The notes beneath the pieces are model-generated. The model ran no database searches, was not told the DNA's origin, and saw nothing but the letters and a program-made list of their open reading frames with translations. A stretch of DNA of 64,000 nucleotides from Podarcis muralis (lineage: Eukaryota), in NCBI RefSeq assembly GCF_964188315.1, contig NC_135659.1, forward strand, positions 39,060,001-39,124,000, read 5' to 3'. Of the stretch, positions 59,801-64,000 are shown one piece after another. How positions within the stretch are numbered: position 1 is the stretch's first letter; each line of letters starts with the position of its first letter. The position numbers were made by a program, and so were the translations under genes.

Positions 59801-62074
59801 GGAGGCGCATTGTGCGCCCCAACACTCCCCACTGTGGCGGGCGCTGTACTGGCTGTGACGTTGCATGGGGTCGGTGCGTGCGTTAGTCACGCACCGTCCC
59901 GACGTCACCTTCCCGTCCGCTGTCAGATCGGAGGGCAGCGGCGCGCATGCTTTAAATGTCGCAATGGTTTTGCGGCTGCCAGTTTTTTTTCCCTTCGGAA
60001 ACGGGTCCAAGTGGCTCTTTTTGTCTTAAAGGTTGCAGACCCCTGGGCTAGAGTGTCAATTTAAAGATTCGGCTCCATATAAAGCAAGGGCCACTGCAGA
60101 GGTTGTTCCCTCCCAAACAGATGCTACTTACGGTACATGGTAAGAACTAACAAACTGGCATTTGGTAATGTGATACTGGGGCACTAAGCACTACAACAGC
60201 AATATGCAATAACGATGCCACAAAAAGAAATGCTTTGCACGGACGTGTAAACTTTCCAAAGCTCATCCAGCCCTCAAAAATGAAAGTTGCTTTGTGCTAT
60301 GTTTCCCAGTGAGGATGTGTCAGTGTTATCCTCCCATTCTTTCTCTCGCAAAATTCCTCTAAAGCTATGAAAAGGACATGGACAGCAAATCTCAAATTTT
60401 AAGAGATTTGAGGCACTATGGTGACATGAATATACAGATGAGCTGTACGTGTCAACAAAATATCCGTTTGCTATCCAGCTTTCACTTGTGCTTTCTACAA
60501 ACCTGTCCCCTTCCTCAAGTCCTTTGGTATTTGCAGAAAGAAGCAAGGATTTTTCTCATTTGCACTGTGACTTGGAGCAGATAAGGAACTGCAGCTGTTC
60601 TTGTACTATTTCTTCTCTTAACTCACTTGTGTTAAGACCTTCCTAAACCCTCTGCGTGCTTCCAAGGCCTTGGCAAGGTGCTGTTCTGTTTGCACTGCAG
60701 TTTGGAGAAGATAAGAAAGAAATAGCAAGAGGCTTCTTCTCAAAACAAGTGACAGAAGAAACTGCCTCTCTCCAAGCCCACAGGAAAACGCAGAGGCTTG
60801 GGAGATAGGCAGGCACCTCTGTCATTTGCACTGCACGGAAAAGGGAAAAGATAGACAGAAAGAAAATATTTTGTTTCTTGCTGTTTCTGCAGTACAAATG
60901 ACTGGGTGGGGGAAGGATGTGTATGTGTTTGCCATCCTTCACACTAGAGGAAAGGTAAAGTTGTGGGAATCTAGTCAGTGAATGGCTTCAAATGTTATGT
61001 TTTGAGGCGGAAGAGAAAGGAAAGAGAAAGTGCAAATTCCTTTACTCACACTTCCTATGTAATGATCAAAGCAGTGAGCAGTACTGTTGGCTGGTAATGA
61101 GGAGTGCAAGCTTATGCCACATCTGAGTTTTCACATCTACTGATGGAAGAGAGCAACTGTGAAGTAGATATTGTAACAGAAAGGAGACTTTTACTCTCTT
61201 GCTGCTATGACTGTCAGTCTGGGTAAGCAAGGGCTTCTCAGGTAGACTGCCACCACATTCACCTTCTATTACATCTAACCCAGGCTAGAAATGAAACCTG
61301 ATGTTACTTGATCTGTGTACCCCAGCGGAAGCAGCAAACAACATGGGATACAGGCAAGGAGTGCACAATACTGTATAATAGTGCCATGCCACAAATTTTC
61401 TCATTTATACATAACAGGAAGAGATGTGAAAATGTTAAATAGGGTTCACCATGTCTAGGTCTCTAGCCTCCAAAAAAAAAAAATATTTTCTTCATTTTAA
61501 GCAAATGACACATCATTAATATACCCATGAGCTTAGAATTTGTTGTGACTTAATTCTAGCACATTCTAGATAATTCCCAATGTATATTTCTTGAATAACA
61601 TGGCATTAATAAAGGAATTTCAATTCATACACTTGGAAGGACCAAATCCACAGACCTCTTTGTCTGTTTGCAGAGCTGAAAGCAGTATTTTCTAAAAGTA
61701 TGAAAATGTGTAATTAGTTGACACAGTGAGAATATTTAGAACTCTAAATACTTGAACTCAGCAGTTTGTTTATGCCAATTTCCCTTTTTATACTGCGAGT
61801 TCCAAGCAGACCTTAAATGTTCATTCAGCAAGGCAACTGCATTTGTGTATTAGAGAAAGAACAGAGTTTACCTTAGGTAGCTCTTCAATTTGATTGGCAT
61901 CTAGATAAAGCTCCTCCAATGTCCGTTCAAAGTTAAAAACTTCCTTTGGCACCTGCTGAAGGCTGCAGTGGGAGTAATCGAGCACTGAGATAATTTCTTC
62001 TTCCCCTCGAAAACATCGGCATGGCACCAGGCGACCAATAATTTTCCTTTTGGTTGTCATCTCCAAACACTGAA
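1229..62074 (-). CDS. LRRC7: LRRC7 / densin-180, partial gene: 13 coding exons, join of 62074-61872, 56266-56149, 49752-49674, 45401-45312, 42512-42456, 16987-16924, 16272-16198, 14395-14251, 13017-12945, 7470-7341, 4846-4731, 2621-2552, 1328-1229
   Basis: The spliced translation is open throughout: (V)[67 protein letters not shown]...[33 protein letters not shown]. This matches recalled densin-180. The paralog ERBIN reads MTTKRSLFVRLVPCRCLRGEEE. All introns are GT-AG with compatible phases. Confidence 0.97.
2552..2621 (-). CDS. LRRC7: LRRC7 exon W12 (70 nt)
   Basis: tttttacag|ATTGAAA...AACCAG|gtaaag. Encodes [23 protein letters not shown]. Confidence 0.96.
2845..2908. repeat. Compound microsatellite (TC)n(AC)n(GT)n
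   Basis: Read directly from the sequence. Confidence 0.95.
3540..3780 (-). mobile_element. Possible solo-LTR remnant
   Basis: The minus strand has AATAAAGCGACTGTCTTTCTGTCCCCTTGGAGTCTG, resembling an LTR R/U5 region. No termini identified. Confidence 0.25.
4731..4846 (-). CDS. LRRC7: LRRC7 exon W11 (116 nt)
   Basis: cctacag|ATTGGA...AACAG|gtaatg. Encodes [38 protein letters not shown](R). Confidence 0.97.
5094..5127 (+). mobile_element. Severely 5'-truncated Sauria SINE 3' tail
   Basis: ACTGGACCTAACGGTCAGGGGTACCTTTACCTTT matches the 3' ends of the other Sauria SINE copies in this window. Confidence 0.65.
5750..6080 (+). mobile_element. Possible DIRS RNase H/YR junction relic
   Basis: Very degenerate PWPQNP, FHFAA and APFG motifs in mixed frames. 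Confidence 0.25.
7341..7470 (-). CDS. LRRC7: LRRC7 exon W10 (130 nt)
   Basis: tttcag|TTTATCT...AGAGAA|gtaagg. Encodes [43 protein letters not shown]. Confidence 0.97.
8064..9801 (+). mobile_element. L2-clade LINE relic (RT to 3' end), interrupted at about 8360-8860
   Basis: Degenerate RT-like stretches (CAATTTCAGTCTGGCTTCAGGCC; GTGGCTTTTGATAGCACTGACCAC; CTGAAGCTGAATCCTGACAAGA; TCCAAGTTAGATTACTCTAAT) and an (AAAT)n tail at about 9790-9801. Confidence 0.75.
10649..10790 (+). mobile_element. CR1-tailed SINE fragment (Squam2-like)
   Basis: TTCAATCCCTGGCA...GTAGACAATACTGGGATAGATGGACCAATGGTATAACTCAGTATAAAGCAACTT. Confidence 0.6.
11822..12640 (-). mobile_element. DIRS-type relic: terminus with internal complementary region and YR C-terminus
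   Basis: AAAGAAAAACAGGTTGCTTATC... (11822) is complementary to ...AACAACCTGCTTTTCTTT (about 12070-12120). Downstream translation RHDAMDI*...WAVL is like a DIRS YR end. Confidence 0.6.
12945..13017 (-). CDS. LRRC7: LRRC7 exon W9 (73 nt)
   Basis: tttcag|GGCTCTTG...GGAAA|gtaagt. Encodes (G)[23 protein letters not shown](N). Confidence 0.96.
13021..13063. repeat. Interrupted (AG)n microsatellite that forms the polypyrimidine tract of exon W9
   Basis: Read directly. It abuts the acceptor AG at 13019-13018. Confidence 0.9.
14251..14395 (-). CDS. LRRC7: LRRC7 exon W8 (145 nt)
   Basis: catcaag|CCTATAGGA...ATAG|gtaaag. Encodes [48 protein letters not shown](G). The acceptor is atypically weak. Confidence 0.93.
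14880..14955 (+). mobile_element. L2-clade LINE fragment
   Basis: TCCAGATTGGATTATTGCAATGTGCTCTACATAGAGCTGCCCTTAAAG translates as [16 protein letters not shown]. Confidence 0.6.
16198..16272 (-). CDS. LRRC7: LRRC7 exon W7 (75 nt)
   Basis: ttttacag|CCTGAG...CCTGGG|gtatgg. Encodes [25 protein letters not shown]. Confidence 0.96.
16924..16987 (-). CDS. LRRC7: LRRC7 exon W6 (64 nt)
   Basis: tttttacag|GTCAATG...GAGTTG|gtaaga. Encodes [21 protein letters not shown]. Confidence 0.96.
17272..17410 (-). mobile_element. L2-clade LINE 3' end
   Basis: TTTGTACCCCACCCAT...GGCGGCTTCCAACA...GGGCTGTCTTCAGAGGTCTTCTAAAA resembles the reverse complement of a recalled lizard L2 3' UTR. Confidence 0.55.
17725..17838 (+). 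mobile_element. CR1 LINE 3' UTR end
   Basis: GGTGCTGGACTAGATGGGCCTTTGGTCTGATCCAGCATGGCATTCTTAT. Confidence 0.7.
18010..18195 (+). mobile_element. Penelope-like element (PLE) 3'-end insertion with inverted 5' duplication, copy A
   Basis: Perfect 48-bp inverted arms at 18017-18064 and 18104-18151. 13-bp TSD AAATCAGACATTA at 17997-18009 and 18196-18208. The motifs GTAGCACCTTAAAGACC, GAAAGCTCATACC and AACACGGCTACC resemble recalled reptile PLE pseudo-LTR ends. Confidence 0.8.
18070..18107 (+). ncRNA. Minimal type I hammerhead ribozyme motif in PLE copy A
   Basis: GTAT (stem I) - CTGAAGA - A - GTGTGC AT GCACAC (stem II) - GAAA - GC - TC | ATAC (stem I partner). Stem III is reduced to the palindrome AGCT. 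Predicted cleavage is at 18103/18104. Confidence 0.7.
20120..20527 (+). mobile_element. CR1 LINE ORF2 fragment
   Basis: Translates as [41 protein letters not shown], a classic CR1 pre-RT segment. Confidence 0.88.
20617..23015 (-). mobile_element. DIRS-type relic with inverted termini, internally deleted
   Basis: Left end TTGCTTATCTGTAACTGTAGTTCTT...TCTGTGCAGAGACATATAGG and inverted right end CCCATATATTTGTGACTGCACAGA. YR C-terminus-like SRMDA...AVL near 20925-20965. ORF1-like [12 protein letters not shown] near 22110-22170. Confidence 0.6.
21380..21550 (-). mobile_element. CR1 LINE fragment nested in a DIRS relic
   Basis: The reverse complement is CR1 ORF2 C-terminus-like (TGTGCAGAGGAGGGTGATTAAGAAGATGAAGGGTCTGGAAACCAAGCC...GGGTATGTTTAGCCC). 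Confidence 0.75.
26960..27150 (+). mobile_element. L2-clade LINE fragment
   Basis: Degenerate LDYCNALYxGLPLK region followed by CACAATTCAAAATGCTGGT (QFKML). Confidence 0.5.
29394..29755 (+). mobile_element. Sauria SINE (Squam1-type), young full-length copy
   Basis: A box TGGCGCTGTGG (29404-29414), B box GGTTCGAATCC (29458-29468), (ACCTTT)n tail, CpG-rich. 13-bp TSD TACCCTTTTAAAT at 29380-29392 and 29756-29768. Confidence 0.92.
30241..30441 (+). mobile_element. Penelope-like element 3'-end insertion with inverted 5' duplication, copy B
   Basis: Perfect 74-bp inverted arms at 30241-30314 and 30329-30402, with a 14-nt loop. 14-bp TSD ACAGAGACAAAAAT at 30227-30240 and 30442-30455. The 3' tail is the same as in copy A. 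Confidence 0.8.
30292..30328 (-). ncRNA. Minimal hammerhead ribozyme motif in PLE copy B, sense to the LRRC7 pre-mRNA
   Basis: The minus strand reads TAT-CTGAAGA-A-GTGTGCATGCACAC-GAAA-GCTC|ATAC. Stem I has only 3 bp. Predicted cleavage is at 30296/30295. Confidence 0.6.
32872..32945 (+). mobile_element. Degraded tRNA-SINE head fragment
   Basis: GGAGACCTGAATTCAAAACCTCCCTCAGCCATGAAGCTCAC resembles the Squam3-type head. Confidence 0.4.
33149..33691 (+). mobile_element. CR1 LINE 3' portion
   Basis: CTGCACCTCAAA...GGCAACCAAAATGAT ORF2 end plus a lizard CR1 3' UTR-like segment ATCTGGTTGGCCAGTGTG...CTGATCTAGCAGGGCTCTT. Confidence 0.7.
34508..34763 (+). mobile_element. tRNA-derived SINE (Squam3-like) with (CTT)n tail
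   Basis: A box in CAGTGTGGTGTAGTGGTTAAGAG, B-box-like GGTTCGCATC, body GGGTGACCTTGGGC...CTCAGCCCCACTCACCTCACA, and a CTT-repeat tail. Confidence 0.8.
39106..39465 (+). mobile_element. Sauria SINE, young full-length copy
   Basis: Colinear with the 29394 copy, with an (ACCTTT)n tail. 15-bp TSD TTTATAGGACACTGG at 39089-39103 and 39466-39480. Confidence 0.92.
39555..40760 (-). mobile_element. L1-clade LINE 3' portion (ORF2 C-terminus and 3' UTR)
   Basis: Translates as [40 protein letters not shown] (L1 ORF2 C-terminal cysteine-rich motif). The minus strand is A-rich. Confidence 0.85.
42456..42512 (-). CDS. LRRC7: LRRC7 exon W5 (57 nt)
   Basis: ttttag|ACTTGTT...CCAAA|gtaagt. Encodes [18 protein letters not shown](K). 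Confidence 0.96.
43043..43277 (+). mobile_element. CR1 LINE 3' end
   Basis: GATTCCGACTAAACATCAGGAAGAACTTTCTGAC...CTTCCAACTCTAATTCTATGATTCTAT, with the CR1 octamer tail. Confidence 0.88.
44926..45250 (-). mobile_element. CR1 LINE 3' end
   Basis: AGAATCATAGAACTGTAGAGCTGGAAGGGACCCCAAGGGTCATCTAGTCCAA is the reverse complement of the CR1 tail. Confidence 0.88.
45312..45401 (-). CDS. LRRC7: LRRC7 exon W4 (90 nt)
   Basis: ttttttag|GCTCCCAGAT...GGAAG|gtaagc. Encodes [29 protein letters not shown](R). Confidence 0.96.
45921..47087. mobile_element. GC-elevated block, possible LTR-retroelement remnant
   Basis: Abrupt compositional shift, with TGTGA... and ...TCACG near-inverted termini. No TSD or recognisable domain. 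Confidence 0.3.
47375..47626. mobile_element. hAT MITE, older copy
   Basis: Left end CAGCAGTCAGCAAACTTTTT, subterminal GGGCCAGAT motifs, right end GGCCTTAGTTTGCC(del)ATG. Degenerate TSD GTGTACAC / GTGCACTC. Confidence 0.7.
47690..47945 (-). mobile_element. L2-clade LINE ORF2 C-terminal fragment
   Basis: Translates as [16 protein letters not shown], similar to the L2 'DHITPVLRQLHWLP' motif. Confidence 0.6.
48322..48782 (+). mobile_element. L2-clade LINE reverse transcriptase fragment
   Basis: Translates as [15 protein letters not shown] and [20 protein letters not shown]...YADDTQLY (RT catalytic motif). Confidence 0.88.
49434..49534 (-). mobile_element. Bov-B (RTE) LINE 3' end, about 100 bp, 5'-truncated
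   Basis: The reverse complement reads ...CAGTGGAAGGCAGGAGTGCCTGGTGTGCTCTGGTCCATGGGGTCACAAAGAGTCGGACACAACTAAACGACTAAAC, as in the recalled Bov-B 3' end. 9-bp TSD AATTTCTTG at 49425-49433 and 49535-49543. Confidence 0.85.
49674..49752 (-). CDS. LRRC7: LRRC7 exon W3 (79 nt)
   Basis: tttttag|GGATCCAAGAT...TCTAA|gtgagt. Encodes (G)[25 protein letters not shown](K). Confidence 0.96.
51540..53800 (-). mobile_element. DIRS-type (tyrosine recombinase) retrotransposon relic, ORF1 and RT/RNase H fragments
   Basis: [15 protein letters not shown]...[22 protein letters not shown]...IYSYLDN (51821-52072) is a degenerate DIRS RT. Weaker ORF1-like similarity at 52990-53760. Boundaries are uncertain. Confidence 0.75.
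54757..55054 (+). mobile_element. Sauria SINE, older subfamily with internal deletion
   Basis: Head GGGAGCGGGTGGCACTGTGG, core CAGTTCGAAAGCA, end GACTGGACTTAACTGTCCAGGGGTCCTTTACC. Confidence 0.85.
56149..56266 (-). CDS. LRRC7: LRRC7 exon W2 (118 nt)
   Basis: gcag|CAATTATTC...AAAAATG|gtaagg. Encodes [39 protein letters not shown](G). Confidence 0.97.
56461..56620 (+). mobile_element. CR1-tailed SINE, degraded (Squam2-like)
   Basis: Degraded tRNA head, CTCTGAAACCTTGGAGAACTGCTGC core and CTCAGTATAAGACAGCTTCCTATGTTC tail. Similar to the 10649 copy. Confidence 0.55.
57501..57636. mobile_element. hAT-superfamily MITE (136 bp)
   Basis: TIRs CAGGCTTCCTCAACCT / AGGTTGAGGAAGCCTG, largely palindromic interior. 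Perfect 8-bp TSD CTATAGAA at 57493-57500 and 57637-57644. Confidence 0.92.
58328..58478. repeat. Long GC-rich imperfect palindrome
   Basis: 35-bp perfect outer arms and 15-bp perfect inner arms AGGAGCCGCTTACAC / GTGTAAGCGGCTCCT around a 2-nt loop (58405-58406). Confidence 0.9.
58594..58794 (+). repeat. 67-bp tandem repeat, 3 copies
   Basis: Unit TTCTCCCCTTAAACCCCTCTTCTGCATTATTAGCAGCATCCTTCTCCAC... starts at 58594, 58661 and 58728. Confidence 0.92.
58830..59033 (+). repeat. 154-bp period direct repeat (about 1.3 copies)
   Basis: AAAACGT.GTTACAAAGCA.GGATCCACATGGATCCTCAGGATTTTTGCA occurs at 58830 and 58984. Confidence 0.9.
59715..60045. mobile_element. hAT (Charlie/Buster-like) MITE, young and CpG-rich (331 bp)
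   Basis: Perfect 15-bp TIRs CAGGGGTCTGCAACC / GGTTGCAGACCCCTG. Perfect 8-bp TSD GGCTAGAG at 59707-59714 and 60046-60053, with central TA. Confidence 0.92.
61872..62074 (-). CDS. LRRC7: LRRC7 exon W1 (203 nt), containing the ATG of MTTKRK at 62060-62058
   Basis: Acceptor ttttag|TTCAGTGTTTGGAGATG and donor CCTAAG|gtaaac. Encodes [21 protein letters not shown]...QIEELPK. Confidence 0.97.
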
Positions 62075-64000
62075 CTAAAAGATAAAATATAGAAGAGAAA
62101 TTGATTTCCCAAATCATTGTTTCTGTTGTTAGAAAAATAACTAGTGAACATACCTTTAAGAGCATGTTTATATATAATTGGTAAATGCTAGAAATTATTG
62201 GTATAAATACAATTAGGTTTTCATAATTAAATATTATTAATACTATAGCTGATATATAGTATAAAATCCATAAAGTATTTATAGTATTTACTATATAAAT
62301 GCTTAGCACATAGCATCAATATCATGTTTCTATATTTAATGTGAAAGTATTTTCTAACTAGGTTAGTTTTTTATACAGTATACAAGCTAAAGTATATTTC
62401 GTCACAATCCTCCACATGCCCACAATAATATGTGTAATCCATGCAATTTTTTCTTGCATTTAAGGAAGCACCCACACCTAAGCAGTTATACTGAACTTGA
62501 TAAACATTATCTGCTCCACTTTCCATTATTCTATAAAACATCAATAATTTTAACTTGGCTTAAAATTGTAACCTGGTTGCTGGTTATAGGTCACTACACT
62601 TTTTTACCATGGGAATCTGTTTTAAAGTCTTCCAGATCAAAACTCCTAAACCACCACCTAATTGTGCATTCTGGTGAAGAACACCAGATACCTCAAGGCG
62701 AAAGGATGAAGGGGGGGACGGGACGCTGCTATATAACAGTAAATCAGTCAACACTACAATTTAGGTCCTCTGTTCTAGCTCACAAACGCACATACAGTTT
62801 ACACACAATGCTTTTAAATTGCTTTTAGTGTTGTTGACTGTTTTGCTATGCTTTGTGATCTAGTAGTATATTAATACTTTTATGAATAAACAAATAATAA
62901 TCAAAGAAAGCCCACTAAGGCAATGGGACTTTCCCCCATCTCCTCCCCCCTGCAGCCCACACCTTCCCCCCTCCTGTGGAGGAGAGTCTAAAATAGCTTG
63001 GGGGAGGAGAGCAGAAGGGAGATTGTTCAATCTAGTCTTAGTGCAACACTGAATTACATCCACTGTGTGCCCTGAACTAAACACAAAATATGCAAAGCAC
63101 AATTATAATATATTTGGAGGGGTTTTTTGGTTGTTACCTTCTTTTAGTCTAAACTGATCAGGATAAAGAAGCAAGCACACCAACTCTATTCATTATATCA
63201 AGCTCATTCAACAATTATTTACTGTAAGGACCCTACTTCCAGTGGCTACTTTGCATTCATCTCTAAATATTTAAGTCAAAAAATAAATACATAATTTAAT
63301 ATTCAAACTCTTAGGGAAAAGGGATTTGAACAGAAAAGCTGGAAAAGCTTTTAATTTCCCTAGCAAGGACCATGGTTTCCAATGGGAAAACGTAAGTGCA
63401 AGGAAGCATATGATGACACAGAAGCATATGATAGCACAACAGTAATTGAAAATAACAAAAAATAAATAAAATCTTAAATATCTGTGTACATTATTGGAAA
63501 AGAGAATGCTCAGTTGGCACAATCCAGAGTATAAATGAACTCTGATTTCTCTCTCTCCATACAAAGTTATCCTAATAATTTAATTTTGTAACATTTGAGC
63601 CACGTGAACGAAAGGTACATGGCACTTATGAGTCCTCTTCTCCACCATATCTCATAATCTACCTTTTAGACAATATAGCTATAACATAGAAGAGAGTTCG
63701 AAAGGGGTGGGGGATCCATCAGGCATGGATGGGCATACAGTATTTGCAGAAACTACTAAATATTTATTTATTACTAGAACCCTGAAATTTACCAAACAGT
63801 GTAAGGTGCAAAATGGTGTCTCATTATTATGAGCAGTGAAACACTTAGATATAAAGAACAGGCTTCCCCCACTAAGCATTGATTGAGTTAAATAATTTAT
63901 TTTTGATACGGGAGGTGGGCTCACTGTTCTTTCACACAAAAACCCACTTTTGGTTTTCATTGTTTCAACAGCCTCATTGGAAAAGCCTCATTTTCGCTAT

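Noticed and set aside
61821-62309. 162-aa ORF as a single-exon protein with a hydrophobic N-terminus
   Set aside because: Only 61872-62074 is exonic. The flanks are read-through into AT-rich intron beyond canonical splice sites.

Overview
This is AT-rich, CpG-depleted vertebrate DNA from a squamate reptile, most likely a lacertid lizard (inferred from the Sauria/Squam SINEs, squamate Bov-B, CR1, L2 and hAT MITE families present). One protein-coding gene spans the window on the minus strand: LRRC7 (densin-180, LAP family). I traced 13 consecutive coding exons from 62074 down to 1229. All have canonical GT-AG junctions with matching phases, total 1320 nt, and encode the N-terminus, the LRR array and the LAP-specific region ([17 protein letters not shown]...FPQQPRGDE). 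Upstream exon(s) and the 3' half of the gene lie outside the window. The introns, including one of 25.5 kb, hold many transposon relics. The most striking accessory features are two near-identical, TSD-flanked palindromic insertions from a Penelope-like element (18010-18195 and 30241-30441). Each carries a minimal hammerhead-ribozyme core, and in the first copy the inversion breakpoint coincides exactly with the predicted self-cleavage site. Family names and homologies come from recalled consensus sequences, not database searches.
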